Assembly (NCBI GenBank): GCA_038087875.1
Contig: CM075990.1
Location: 17,176,001-17,240,000, forward strand
Source of the DNA: Malacoraja senta
Taxonomy: Eukaryota
DNA length: 64,000 nucleotides
Direction: 5' to 3'
Shown piece by piece: positions 50,251-63,778 of this stretch (position 1 is its first letter; the number at the start of each line of letters is the position of its first letter). The notes under the pieces are model-generated. The model saw nothing but the letters and a program-made list of their open reading frames with translations, searched no databases and was not told the DNA's origin. A program made the translations under genes and the position numbers.

Positions 50251-51578
50251 ATGATTCTATGACTAGGGCTGCTGGACAAGGATTAGCTTGGGTAACATCT
50301 CTCAGGCATGGGAAGGAGAAAGTGGAAAGACTGATGCAAAGAAATCCGAATGTTGACATTTTTAGATCACTCATTGTTTGCTTACTATTTTTCTGTGGTT
50401 ATTGCTGCCTTTTAGCAATTTTTACCCTTAATAACAAAATATTAACAATATCCATAATTGTGTGTAAGCTGAGCCTTACTTTCCCATTTCCTCCCATTTT
50501 GCGCTGTTTTGAAATAATTGATTAGATTCCATTGTCCTCCAGCATATACAACCCAGAGTCACAGCATTAAGGTCAGGGAAGCTGGAGAAATGTTTGCACA
50601 GAATTGGTTATTAAAACTTAATAAAAAAAATTCTTAAGAAATATCCACAGAGGTAAAAATATATAGTTGGCTATTAAAATCATTAATCAGCCCATGCATG
50701 GGGTATGAATTCATTGGGATTTTATGCTTAGTTTACTTGGCTGTTGGTCAGATGTAGATCAAATTTTCTTTAAATAAATATATCTATTTTTGTATACACA
50801 AGGAACTGCAGATGCTGTTTTCCAATTTTAAAAAATACATAAAGTGCTGGAGTAACTCAGCGGATCAGGCAGCAACTCTGGAGAACATGGATAGGTTCCG
50901 ACCCATAACGTCACCTATCCATGTTCTCCAGAGATACTGCCTTACCCGCTGCAGCAATATCGTGACCTTTTACATCTATATTTTAGTTGGGAAGCACTAA
51001 ATAATGAAGTCTTAATGTGAAATAACAATACTCCTAACTCCACCTGTGAAAACCTTCTTATTTACAGCTACAGGGAGAGGTTGGAAAGGTCAGGACTTTA
51101 TTCCTTGGAGATCTTATCGAGGAGTACAAAATCACGAGGGGCATAGATAGTTGAATGCAGACTCTTTTACCCAAGCTAGAGAAATCAAGAATTAGAGGAC
51201 AGCTTTAAGGTGATTGGGGGAAAGATTTAATAGGAGCCCGAGGAGCAACTTTGTCACTCAGAAGGTGGTGAGTATATGGAACAAGCTGCCAGAGGAGGCA
51301 TGTAAAATAACAAGATTTAAAAGACATTTGTACAGGTACATGGATAGCAAAAGTTTAGAGGGCATAGGCTTGAGGTGAGAGGGTACAATCTGGTTGTGAT
51401 AAAGGACAGAGTTTTTCTATCCAAAGCAGTGTCCAGGTGTATGGCTGGATTTGCACTTCCTCACAACCTGCCAGGTGTGGGTTGAATTCACCACTAGGTG
51501 GAGCATTGCACAGACATCCAGTATCCGAGACTGTGAATGGGGTAAGTGAACAGAGGCAAGCTCGAGGAAGTGTGTGTG

Positions 51579-51581
<3 letters not shown>

Positions 51582-51637
<56 letters not shown>
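51582..51637. repeat. (GA)n microsatellite
   Basis: Directly visible. Confidence 0.97.
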
Positions 51638-51643
<6 letters not shown>

Positions 51644-53926
51644 CAAGGTGCAGAAATGAGGCAGAGAAAGCAACACCCACAGATAGGGCTTAAAGTGAGA
51701 AAGGTTTGTGGGAGAGAGTGATTGGTGTGAATAGGTGTTGGTATCGACGTATTATTGTAGCATGTACTGAGATACAGTAAAAATGCTGTAAAAATCGTAT
51801 CCAGTCAAATGACACTGCGTGAGTAAAATCAAGACACAGATAAGTACAATAGGAAGTGCAAAGAGGAAAATACCAGATTGTAGAGCATAATTCTAGAGAT
51901 ACGATATAGTTACAGAGAAAGTATAAATAAAAGAAAGTGCAGAGTCCGCAATGAGGTAGGTTGGAAGATTAGAATTACATCCTAGTTTATAGGAAGACTG
52001 TTCAGTAGTCTGGTGACAGAGGGAAGAAGCTGTTCCGGAATCTGGCAGTGGAGTGTTTTCAAGCTTTAGCTTCTTCCAGCTGAGTCCATGATGATATTGT
52101 CTACTTTCCTGAGGCAGTGTGGTATAGATAGACTTGATGGTGGGACGTCAGGTGTGTTATAGACTCCTCTACCTTGGGGCAAATACTCTGAGCGTTCACT
52201 TTATTTATGCCCCTTATGATCTTGTATGATCAGTATGCTCGCTCCTCACCTCCTACTCTCCAAAGAAAAAGGTTCCAGCTCTCCCGACTTCTCTCTATAA
52301 CTCAGGCCCTCATGCCCAGGTAACATCCTGGTGAACCTCTACTGCACCGGTCCCAACTTAATGATGTCCTTCCTATAGCTGGGCTAACAGAAAGGCACAT
52401 AGTGCTTCAAGTGACTGCATGGAATGTATGTGTTGGTCGGATAATTCTGGGATGAAATCATAATTCCATTTGGTGAAATCATGGAACAGTTGTAAGACCA
52501 TTCCAATCCAGAGCTATTGGAGACTGTGGCGGAGTCTCCATCTGTATAGTCCCTGTGTCTCTTCAGCTCCCCAGTATGGCTGAAATATGCAGGTATCTGT
52601 GAATGGCTGGTCTCCTATCTGAGGCAAATTATAGATGATCCCCTTAGACACAGTGCCGCATTGTGTCTTTGCAATATCACATTGCATCCTTACAAATTGT
52701 ACCTGGAAATACCTCTGAACAATTCCAACAGAAAATAAGTATCAGTGTGTAAATTAATAAACAAAGTACATAAGAGTAGTATGGTAAAAATGCAACATAT
52801 TCTTTTAATATTTGCATAGAATATAGAACAGCACAGTACAGGAACAGGCCCTTTGGCAGGTAATGCATAGGCCCAGCATGTTGCCAGGTATATTTTCTAA
52901 TCAGCGACTGCCTATGATCGATAGCTAGGTTCTTTAGTTCAGTTTAGTTTATTGTCACGTGTACCGAGGTACAGTGAAAAGCTTTTGTTGTGTGCTATCC
53001 AGTCAGCAGAAAGATAATACATGATTACAATCGAGCCTAGACAAAAATGCTGGAGGAACTCAGCGGGTGAGGCAGCATCTATGGAGCGAAGGAATAGGTG
53101 ACGTTTCGGGTCGAGGACCTTCGATGCTGCCTACACCCGCTGAGTTTCTCCAGCATTTTTGTCTACCTTCGATTTTTCCAGCATCTGCAGTTCCTTCTTA
53201 AACATCACCATCGAGCCATTCACTGTGTATAGATACATGATAAGGGAATAATGTGAGTAATGTTTAGAGCAAGATAAAACACGTAAAGTCCGATCAAAGA
53301 TAGCGCAAAGGTTTCCAATGAGGTAAATAGTAGTTCTGGACCGCTCTCCAGTTGTGGTAGGATGATTTAGTTGCCAGATAACAGCTGGGATGAAACGATC
53401 CCTGAATCTGGAGGTGTGAGTTTTATAATCCTGACAGCAATATTCTTAGTTAATGCAAGATGAGGTATTTAAAACCAGTAAGAGTTTTGTAGCAATGAAA
53501 TGTCCACTAGTCTGGGGAGATGACCAGACTGTAGTTCAATAAGTGTTTCAAGATTCGACTACTTTTAGGTGAAGCAATGGGGACTTGAAGATTGTAAAGA
53601 AATTAACCCAAAAAAAAGAATGCCTAAAGGAGCCGCAAAAAGTAACAATAAAATGTAATAAAAGTGTCTGAGAAGGAGTTGAATGTAGCTGGTAAAATTT
53701 AATATAAATGGCCGGGAGGATCAAATACAATTTTTAAAAAGCCATGAAAGGTTTGGCATTGAATATTAGCAAGAGGTGAGAATAAAAACTGATATTTGCC
53801 TCTTACCAGTTGCAATGAGATTGGAGGGAAGGTCAATCAGATCTGTGGTCCTTGCCGAGATTGTGGTCACTAAACCAACCCCATTGCCCAGTTCTTCTCC
53901 AGAATGTGGGAGGTTGCGGGCAGACT

Positions 53927-54104
53927 CAGGCCCAGAACTCAGGCCCAGGCCAATTTCAATGTTAGAGCCCCCCAAACCAAGATCAAATCATGAGACCCCT
54001 CAATTTTAGAGGCCCCCAAATCAAGATCCCTTTGAAGCAGACCAGCATGAAGCCCATGCCAAATGGCACTCGTTGCCCCCCCCCCCCCCCTCTGATAGGG
54101 CCTG
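53927..54104. mobile_element. Short hAT-like MITE
   Basis: Ends CAGGCCC...GGGCCTG; 8-bp TSD with one mismatch (GGCAGACT 53919-53926 / GGTAGACT 54105-54112). Confidence 0.6.
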
Positions 54105-55821
54105 GGTAGACTATGGAACAATATAACATAATATGAGGGTGAGGTGTGGGAGACAGTCAGAACCTTTTTTCCAAGGTGGAGATGTCAACGATAGAAGGCA
54201 TAGCTTTAAGGCAAGAGGAGTAAAGTTTAAAGGAGGTGTGAGGGGCAGATTGTTTACACAGAGGGTGGTGGGGGCATGGAACGCACTGCCAGGGGTGGTG
54301 GTGGAAGCAGATACAATAGTGGTGATTAAGAGGCTTTTGGATAGACACATGGATATGCGGGGAATATGGATTATGTGTAGACAGATGAGAATGGTTTAAC
54401 TTAGCATCATGGTCGGCATTGACCATTTGGGCCAAAGGGCCTTTTCATGTGTTGTACTGTTTTATGTTCTATGTTCTAGTTTAATTTGTTGCAAAGATTG
54501 CAGGTTTTGTAGTTGTCCAACTGTGCACGTTTCCAGCATCTTTTGTTTAGTTTGGAGATATATTTTGGAAACAGGCCCTTCAGCCCATCAAGTCCACACT
54601 AAGAAAGAACTGCAGATGCTGGAAAAATTGACAGTAGACAAAAATACTGGAGAAACTCAGAGGGTGAGGCAACATCTATGGAGAGAAGGAATAGGCGACG
54701 TTTCGGGTCGAGACCCTTCTCCAGTCTACACTACAGTCTACTTCTTCTTCCACACTAACCATCGCTCACCGATACACTAGTTCTATCCTACGCACTCGGG
54801 ACAATTTGCAGAGGCCAATTGACCTACAAACCTGCACGTTTTCGGAATGTGGGAGGAAACCGGAGCACCCGGAAAAACCCACATGGTGACAGGGAGAACG
54901 TGCAAACTCCCTACAGACAGCAGTCGTAGTCAGGATCAAACCTGGGTCTCTGGCAACTCTACTGCGGTGCCACTGTGCAATCTTGCCCTGGCCTGCTAAG
55001 TATTTTCAACATTTCCTGCTGTAATCTCAGAGTTGCAGCTTTGCACATCTTCCTTTAGTGAATACAGTAGTTGCCATCCTGCTTGCATTTGGAAAGTGCA
55101 AGGGTCGCTAACTAGACTCTGTTGAAGTTGAGCCAATGCCTCTTGTGGAGTCATTCAACTGAATAGTATTTTGTTACTTTTCAATTTAATCATTATTTTA
55201 TGTTCCTGATCATGTTTCCTTCCTCCAGCCCTGCCCTGCCAAACAATGTTGGCTAAGTGACGGAGAAGGGGAAATAGTGGTAACTGGGATGTGGGATTAG
55301 GGGGAAGTGCAGAGTGGAGTTCCCCTGGAGTTGGGGAGTTGGCACGGTGACTCAGGGGGAGAGTTGCTGCCTCACGGCGCCAGAATCCTGGGTTCAATCC
55401 CCACTACGGGTGCTGTTTGAGCTGAGTTTGTGCGTTCTCTCCATGACCGTGTGGGCTTTTTCCGGGTGTTCTGGTTTCCTTCCACATTACAAAAATGTTT
55501 AGTCAGAGGGTGGTGAATCTGTGGGATTTTTGCCACAGAAGGCTGTGGAGGCAGTCAGTGGATATTTTTTTGAGGCAGAGATAGATAGATTCTTGATTAG
55601 TACGGGTGTCAGAGGTTATGGGGAGAAGGCAGGAGAATGGGGTTGAGAGGGAATCACAGCCATGATCGAATGGCAGAGTAAACTTGATGGGCCGAATGGC
55701 CTAATTCTACTTCTATTCCTTATGACCTTAAATTGGATTGCTTTGGCACACAGCCAGTATGGATAGAGTGGGCTGAATGGCCTTCTTCGATGCTGTATAT
55801 ATATTGTGGTTCTGCTTTCAG

Positions 55822-55975
55822 GGAGGGAATTTCGATGTGGCGGACAGGATGTTCTTCAACATGAAGAAGGAGTGGGAATCATCGTCCAGGGACAACATGG
55901 GTGACGTGAGGGAACTGACTCCCGAATTCTTCTATCTGCCCGAGTTCCTGGTCAACCACAACAAGCTGGAGTTTG
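55822..55975 (+). CDS. WDFY4: WDFY4 exon, BEACH (GGNFDVADRMFF...DVRELTPEFFYLPEFLVNHNKLEF)
   Basis: tttcag|GGA acceptor, G|gtgcgt donor. Confidence 0.96.
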
Positions 55976-56277
55976 GTGCGTACGTCACTGTGATTACAGC
56001 CTCCATAATACGGGTTGATCAGTGCGGGTGTCAGGGGTTATGGGGAGAAGGCAGGAGAATGGGGTTTGGAGGGAGAGATAGATCAGCCATGATTGAATGG
56101 CGGAGTAGACTTGATGGGCCGAATGGCCTAATTCTTCTCCTGTCACTTATGACCTTATGAACCCGGGTCTCTGGCGCTGTGGGGCTGCAACTCTACAAGC
56201 TGCGCCACCGGGCCGCCGTCTCTGAATGTCCGCTGTGTACTTTCAGCATCAGATGTGTGTTTGAATCCTGTTGGTGT

Positions 56278-56435
56278 CCGCTACATCAGAATGAGTCACA
56301 GCCATGGTGACTAGTGCCCGCTACATCAGAATGAGTCACAGCCATGGTGACTAGTGCCCGCTACAACAGAATGAGTCACAGCCATGGTGACTAACAATGT
56401 TCACTAGTGCCCGCTACAACAGAATGAGTCACTGC
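56278..56435. repeat. 40-bp minisatellite, about 4 units
   Basis: Unit CTACATCAGAATGAGTCACAGCCATGGTGACTAGTGCCCG at 56281, 56321, 56361 and about 56414. Confidence 0.92.
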
Positions 56436-56480
56436 CATCATGGCCAACAATGGTGACGTGTGCATTGCCCACATTTACAG

Positions 56481-56572
56481 GTTCCACGCAAGACGGGACC
56501 ACGCTGGGGGATGTGATACTTCCTCCCTGGGCAAAAGGAGATGCTCGAGAATTTATCCGTCTGCATCGCATG
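56481..56572 (+). CDS. WDFY4: WDFY4 exon, BEACH (STQDGTTLGDVILPPWAKGDAREFIRLHRM)
   Basis: ttacag|GT acceptor, ATG|gtgagc donor; DVxLPPWA motif. Confidence 0.95.
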
Positions 56573-58782
56573 GTGAGCTCTGATGAAGCCTAACCTCATA
56601 TATTAATGTTCACAGACTGCACAGGCCCTTCGACCCATCTAAACGGTACTTACACCAAGCGCCCGTCCACTCTAACCCTGTGCAAACCTTGTTTTATTCT
56701 CGTCGTTATCCCACCAACTCCCCCCTAGATTCTACAACTTCAAGCAATAGACAACAGGTTCAGGAGGAGGCCATTCGGCCCTTCGAGCCAGCACCGCCAT
56801 TCACTGTGATCATGGCTGATCATCCACATTCAGTACCCTGTTCCTGCCTTCTCCCCATTACCCCTTCACTCCTCTACCTTTAAGACATACTGGCAACAAC
56901 ATACAGAGGCCAAGTGATCACTCAACCAACACATTTGGGATGTGGGAGGGAACCAGAGAACCCAGGGGAAACCTACGCAGTCTCAGGGAAAACGTGCAAA
57001 CTCCATGCAGACAGCACCAGGGACCAGCGTTGAACTCGGGTCCCTGTCGCTATGAGGCAGCAGCTCTACCATCTGCCCACAATGTCACCCTCTCAACATC
57101 CACCTTCTCCAATCTGCCTTACTCAATGATTGAATGGCGGAGTAGATGGGCCGAATGGCCTACTTCTGATCTGCTGCCCCCAACCCTGTTGTGCACCCAT
57201 TCCTGTGCTACCCCCCCCCCCCCAGTCACACTGCTCCTACCCCCTCCTTCATACACTTATCTCTCATTCCCATGTCCCCATCCCTCTTTCATCTTCCCTC
57301 TTTCCCTATCCCCTTCTCCTTCCACCCCATACCCTTCCCTCCAGCTTCACATTCCACTCCTCCTCTGCTCCCCTTATCTGACAATCCTTTGTCTCTTGTC
57401 CAGCTCCAGCCTTTATCTCTTGCTCCACGACATCTGCCAATCAAACCCTCCTCACCTGTATCCACCTAGCACTTATAGACACAAAAAGCTGGAGTAACTC
57501 AGTGGGTCAGGCAGCATCTCTGGAGAGAAGGAATGGGTGACATTTCGGGTCGAGACCCAACTTCAGACTGAGAGTCAGGAGAAAGGAAAACGAGAGATTA
57601 TAGATGGCGATGTAGAGAGATATAGAATGAATGAATGAAAGACATTCAGAAAAGTAACGTAGATAAAGGAAACAGGCCATCGTTAACTGAGGGCCAGATG
57701 AAAACGAGTACAGACTATGAGACTCAGCAAGATGACTTTGAAGCTGGTATGACGTGTGAGGCAGGGATGGAGAGAGGGGAGGGGGGGATGCAAGGGTTAC
57801 TCTAACCACATAACCCTCTCATTTCCAACTTTCTCGATTCCTTCTACAATCAGTCTGAAGAAGGTCCCGACCCGAAACGTCGTCTGTCCATTCCCCCCAC
57901 AGCTGCTGCCTGATCCGCTGAGTTCCTCCAGCACTTTGTCTCAGGATAAGCATTGTGCAAGTTGGCTCAAGGCAGCGTGTAACTTTACTGTCGTATTGTA
58001 CCAATACTATTGTCCCTGCCGATATGGTGATTTGCCAACGTTTGACGATGATGTAAAACCAAGTGGAAAGTTGATGGAGACAAGGAGAGTAGAACCTCCC
58101 TGCCATGCTGTCCATGGGTTGAGCAGACCTGGCCCTATCCCCAAACACACTGCTCACTTCACTGGTGATTAATAACATCCACTCACACCTTCGCAAATGC
58201 CAATCTGTTAATTGTTTATCCTCATGGACCCGTTTAATGTCTCATTATTTACCAACTAACAGCCGGCTCTGTAGAAATGTCAGACTTGTGTCCGATAAGA
58301 TGATCCTAATTTGTCTTATTAGTTAAATATAAATCCGTCAACAGCATGGTTTATTCTTCCCCAGTCACACATAGACTCATACAGTGTGGAAACAAGCCTT
58401 TCAGCCCAACTTGCCCACACCGACCTACAGGTCCCATCTACACTAGTCCCACCTGCCTGCGTTTAGCCCATATCCCTCCAAACCTGCCCTATCCATGTAC
58501 CTGTCTCAATGAATACTCATTCATTCTCACCTCACGGGCAAATAGTTTTATATTGTCTGCACATCCATAAAAGATGTAACTACACAAGAGGAATTCAGAT
58601 AAAGCAGTCACAGAGAAAGACACAAGAGATACTGGAAACTGGATCAAAGCACAAAGTGCTGGAGCAACTCAGTGGGTCAGGCAGCATCCATGGAGTGGAG
58701 GGTATTGACAGGTGACATTTCGCACAGTGATCCATCCTCTGCAATGCATAGGTGGAACGAGCTGCCAGAGGTCGTTGTTGAC

Positions 58783-59270
58783 ACAGGTACAATAACAATA
58801 TTTAAACTTACATCACAGATACAGGTAGATGAGTCAGGAACAATAAACAGATACAGGTAGATGAGTCGGGTACAATAAACAGACACAGGTAGATGGGTCA
58901 GGTACAATAACAATATTTAAACTTACATCACAGACACAGGTAGATGAGTCAGGTACAATAAACAGACACAGGTAGATGAGTCAGGTACAATAACAATATT
59001 TAAACTTACATCACAGATACAGGTAGATGGGTCAGGTACAATAAACAGACACAGGTAGATGGGTCAGGTACAATAAACAGACACAGGTGGATGGGTCAGG
59101 TACAATAAACAGATACAGGTAGATGGGTCAGGAACAATAAACAGATACAGGTAGATGGGTCAGGTACAATAAACAGATACAGGTAGATGGGTCAGGTACA
59201 ATAAACAGATACAGGTAGATGGGTCAGGTACAATAAACAGATACAGGTAGATGGGTCAGGTACAATAACA
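58783..59270. repeat. 32-bp minisatellite with interspersed longer units, inside a CR1 fragment
   Basis: Unit ACAGGTAGATGGGTCAGGTACAATAAACAGAT; period 32 seen at 59101/59133/59165. Confidence 0.93.
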
Positions 59271-60027
59271 ACATGTAAAAAGGTACTTGGATAGCAAATG
59301 TTTAGAGGGATCTGGGCCAAACGTGATCACATGGGACTAACTCAGTTGAGGCATTGGGGTTGGCATGGACAAGTTGGGCCGAAGGGCCTGTCTACATGCT
59401 GTGTGGCTCTATGTGGATTAAGAGACAACAGTTGGGGTTTATAGCAATATAATTCCTTGCTCATCTTTGATGTTTTACCTTCCATTAAACAATCCTGACT
59501 TTATTCTGCTACTTTTTCAGACAGACGGCGGACTTAGTGAATCAGTGGAATTCCCTGCCTCGGCAGTGGAGGCCGATTCTCTGGATACTTTCAAAAGAGA
59601 GTTAGATAGGGCTCTTAAAGATAGCGGAGTCAGTTATGGGGAGAAGGCAGGAACGGGGTACTGATTGGGGATGATCAGCCATGATTACAGTGAATGGCGG
59701 TGCTGGCTCGAAGGGCCGAATGGCCTACTCCTGCACCTATTGTCCATTGTCTATTGTCTAAAGAAGGCAACCTGCCTGTTATACCCAACTCCAGACACAA
59801 TACACACACTCAATCCAACAAACTTCTCTCTGGAATGAATAACAACTGCTTAAGATTAACCTTTAATTAAAGTGTCCAGAGATAAGCATACTGTTGTAGA
59901 AAGTTGGTGAGTTAATTTGTTTTTAAATTAATAACATAAATCAATAAAAAAACGATGTATTAAAAATGGACTGAAGTAAATGGAATGAATGACCCACTCC
60001 ATGGATGGGCCTGTTCTTTCCCTACAG

Positions 60028-60240
60028 GCTCTGGAATGCGACCACGTCTCCGCACACCTCCATCACTGGATAGACCTCATATTTGGTTGCAAGCTGAAGG
60101 GTCCAAATGCCGTTGAAGCAGTGAATGTTTTCCATCCTTATTTCTACGATGAGCTGGCCGATCTCAGTAACATCAACGACCCAATGAAAAAGGATACTAT
60201 CTTAGGATTCGTCAATAACTTTGGGCAGATTCCTAAACAG
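60028..60240 (+). CDS. WDFY4: WDFY4 exon, BEACH (ALECDHVSAHLHHWIDLIFG...NNFGQIPKQ)
   Basis: ctacag|GCT acceptor, CAG|gtgcaa donor; 213 nt; WIDLIFG and FGQxPKQ motifs. Confidence 0.96.
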
Positions 60241-60394
60241 GTGCAAGTTAAACTGATTTCAATATTGTAATCGGTATTTATTTGTGTTTTTTCAAACTAA
60301 GGTGGTTGTTTCTGGTCCGGACCTCCAAAGGAGTTTGTGTCAATGTAACCACCAGCTCAATATGAAGGAGACAGGAAGCAGCAAAATATATTCA

Positions 60395-60905
60395 CATCTT
60401 CCCATCCCAAACCCTTTCTGCTTTCCGCAGAGACTACTCCCTCCACAACTCCTTGCTTCACTCATCCCTTCTCACCCAAACCATTCCCCCCCCCCACCCC
60501 AGGAAACTTTCCCTGTAACCACAGGAGATGTAACACCTGTCCCTCTATCTTCTCCCCAACCATTCAGGGACCCCAGCAGGTATTACAGGTGATACACAGG
60601 TTCATAAGCACCTCTTCCAACCTTGTCTCCTGGACTTCCAAAGTGGCATCCTTCACATCGGCAAGGCCGAGCATAGATTAAGGGACCATTACGCCAAACA
60701 CTCACACTCAGTCTGCCAAGGCCAGCTGGATCTCCCGGTTGCTAACCATTTTAACTTGCCTTCTTCCCATTCCCACACTGACCTTTCTGTCCTGGGCCTC
60801 CTCCATTGCCAGAGTGAGACCACATGCAAACTGGAGGAACAGCACCTCATATTCCGCTTGGGAAGCTTACAACCCAGCGGTATAAACACTGAATCCTCCA
60901 ACAAT
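60395..60905 (+). mobile_element. Penelope-like element fragment (GIY-YIG endonuclease C-terminal region)
   Basis: Decayed DLPVANHFN-PSHSHTDLSVLGLLHCQSE..KLEEQHLIFRLGSLQPSG. The same peptide occurs at about 13340-13545(-), 14790-15060(+), 50147-50250(-) and 61545-61615(-), several joined to the AAGGAACTGCAGATGCTGG repeat. Confidence 0.75.
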
Positions 60906-61070
60906 TGGTTTAGACCCATTGACTGGATGTTAGAGGGGAGTATTGTACTACAACCCCATTCACAAAAACACCTGCCCCACTCTGTGGGCAATTGAGCTGC
61001 CAATCATATGCAATACTCTTGCAAGCAGAGCCCTGTTTCTGACTGAGCCGTCTCTTTTGTTTGCATTCAG

Positions 61071-61206
61071 CTTTTCAAGAAAGCGCATCCAGCCCGGATC
61101 AACCAAGCCAGGCATTGGTCAGGGAAGGACCACCTCCTGCTTGCCTCCACCCAGCCTATCTTCTACCACCTGGAGAATCTGAAGCCCTCTGCTGCTCCAG
61201 TGACAG
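61071..61206 (+). CDS. WDFY4: WDFY4 exon, end of BEACH (LFKKAHPARINQ...IFYHLENLKPSAAPVT)
   Basis: attcag|CTT acceptor, G|gtacct donor; LFxKxHPxR motif. Confidence 0.92.
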
Positions 61207-61953
61207 GTACCTGCACCCTTGGGTGACAATGCCACACGTGTCACCGGATTGTACGTAAGCTAATCTGTGGGAACGGCTCAAAGGCACACCAGTCCTGTGA
61301 CGTTTAGTTGTTTAAGAAGGAACTGCAGATGCTGGAAAATCGAAGGTAGACAAAAGTACTGGAGAAACTCAGCGGGTGAGGCAGCATCTATGGAGCAAAG
61401 GAAATAGGCGACGTTTCGGGTCGAGACCCTTCTTCAGACTGATGTGGGGGTGGGGGGGGGGAGGCGGGAAGAAGAAAGGAAGAGGCGGAGACAATGGGCT
61501 GTGGGAGAGCTGGGAAGGGGAGGGGAAGGAGGGAGAAAGCAGGGACTACCTGAAATTGGAGAAGTCAATGTTCATACCGCTGGGGTGTAAACTACCCAAG
61601 CGAAATATGAGGTGCTGTGATTGTCACAGTCACTGCAAGGCTGGTAGTGAGAGGCAATGGTCTCACAGAGTTACAGACTAATAAATCACCAGTGGGACTG
61701 GTGTAGAGAGGGCGTGTTGGTTGGCATGGATAAAGTCCATGTTATATACACTCTATATGGCACAACACTGAACTGCCCCAGGGTGGGGGCAGATGAGGAA
61801 ATTCACTGGCTAATCTCCCACTGCCACTCGCTGCCCGTGTCCAAGCTGTCGAGAAGGGGAGTGAGCAGGGGAGGGAGGAGGCAGAGCAGGGCCACGGAGA
61901 GCCGGTGGCTCTGGTTTTCTGCACCACTTCCTCTGTGTTCTCCTTCCACCCAG

Positions 61954-62111
61954 CGGCACTTGGTGGAGCCGTCGGACAGATCGCACTCACTGAGAAGGGG
62001 GTTGTTGCTGTTGAGAAGAATACAACACTACTGCCTCCCCACGGGAATAAAACCTTCTCCTGGGGTCATGACGACTTCAGCTGTTCCCTGGGAAACTACG
62101 GTACTGACAGG
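61954..62111 (+). CDS. WDFY4: WDFY4 exon (ALGGAVGQIALTEKGVVAVEKN...TFSWGHDDFSCSLGNYGTDR)
   Basis: cccag|CG acceptor, AGG|gtgagt donor. Confidence 0.94.
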
Positions 62112-63489
62112 GTGAGTAAAACACATCAATCACTGAAAGCCAGCATCGCTTTGTTTCTTGTTTCAGCTGTGATGATAGACCAAGGCTCTTCCTGCTTTCT
62201 CAATCCCCATTTGACAGGGGGCCAAGCGAGTTGGCCTTGTGAAGATAGACACACAAGCTGGAGGATCTCAGCGGGGCAGGCAGCATCTTTGGAGAATAGG
62301 TGACGTTTCAGGTTGAGACCCTTCTTACCCACAGAGTTTGAAGAGTCTCGAGTTGAAACATCAACTATTCCTTTTCTCCAAAGATGCTGCCTGACCCACT
62401 GAATTACTCAGGCATTTTGTGTCTATCTTCAGTTTAAACCAGCATCTGCAGTTCATTCCTCCACAGTTGTCCTTGTGCACCTTCCGATATGTATCTCCCA
62501 CTCAACCCACAAAATTATTTAAGTACTGAACCGACTGGAAAGATCATGAGTGAGTTCTTCAAACTCAATGGGTTGGAATTGACTTAATTCTTACAGGACG
62601 TCAGAGGATAGAATCTTCTAGAATAGTGAAAGGCATATAGATTGGATGTGGAGAGGATGTTTCCACTGGTGGGAGAGTCTAGGACCAGAGGTCACAGCGT
62701 CAGAATTAAAGGAGGAGGTGAGGAGGAACATCTTTAGTCAGAGGGTAGTTAATCTGTGGAACTCATTGCCACAGAAGGCTGTGGAGGCCGTCAGTGGATA
62801 TTTTCAAGGCAGAGATAGACAAATTCTTGATTAGAACGGGTGTCAAGGGTTATGGGGAGAAGGCAGGAAAATGGGGTTAGGAGGGGGAGATAGATCAGCC
62901 ACGATTGAATGGTGGAGTAGACTTGATGGGCTGAATGGTCTAATTCTACAGCTATAATTGGTGAACGTGAACTGCCAGCTCCTGCCTCTCTCCCCCGCCC
63001 CTCACCTCCTCCAGTAGTTCTCTCCCCTGTGGCATCTCAGTCCTGATGCTGCGTCTCCACCTGAAATGTCGACGGTCCCGCCTGCCCCCACAGCTGCTGC
63101 TTCCAGTTCCCCCATGGCGTTGTTTCCCCACGACCTGTTGGTTACTGGTAGACGCTCAGAACTGCAGATGCTGGCGTACAAAACCAGACACAAAATGCTG
63201 GAGTAATTTAGCGGTTCAGGCAGGATCTCTGGAGAACGCGGATAGGTGATGTTCAAGAAGGAACTGCAGATGCTGGAAAATCGAAGGTAGACAAAAATGC
63301 TGGAGAAACTCAGCAGGTGAGGCAGCATCTATGGAGCGAAGGAAATAGGCAACGTTTCGGCAACGATCCAGTCTGAAGAAGGGTTTCGGCCCGAAACGTC
63401 ACCTATTTCCTTCGCTCCGCGGATAGGTGATGTTTTAAGTTAGGGCCCTTCTTTAGACTGATTGTGGTTGGGGAAGAAATCTGGCAAAG

Positions 63490-63778
63490 AGAGGCAGTGG
63501 CAGAGTTGCTGCCTCACAGCTCCAGAGACCCCGGTTCGATCCTGACTAAGAGGCCTGTCTGTACGGAGTTTGCACGTTCTCCCCGTGACTGCGTGGGCTT
63601 TCTCTGGGTGCGCCGGTTTCTTCCCACATCCCAAAGACGTACAGGTTTGTAGGTCAATTGACTTCTGTAAATTGCCCCTGATGTGTAGGATAGAACTAGT
63701 GTACAGGGGTGATCGCTGGTCGGCGCGGACTCAGTCAGCCACAGGGCCTGTTTCTACGCTGTATATCTGAAGTCTAAA
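63490..63778 (+). mobile_element. tRNA-derived SINE, HE1-like
   Basis: B box GGTTCGATCC; same body and tail as 8275-8615. Confidence 0.8.

Noticed and set aside
56278..59270. 40-bp and 32-bp tandem arrays as CRISPR-like arrays
   Set aside because: No unique spacers, no cas genes, vertebrate intron context.
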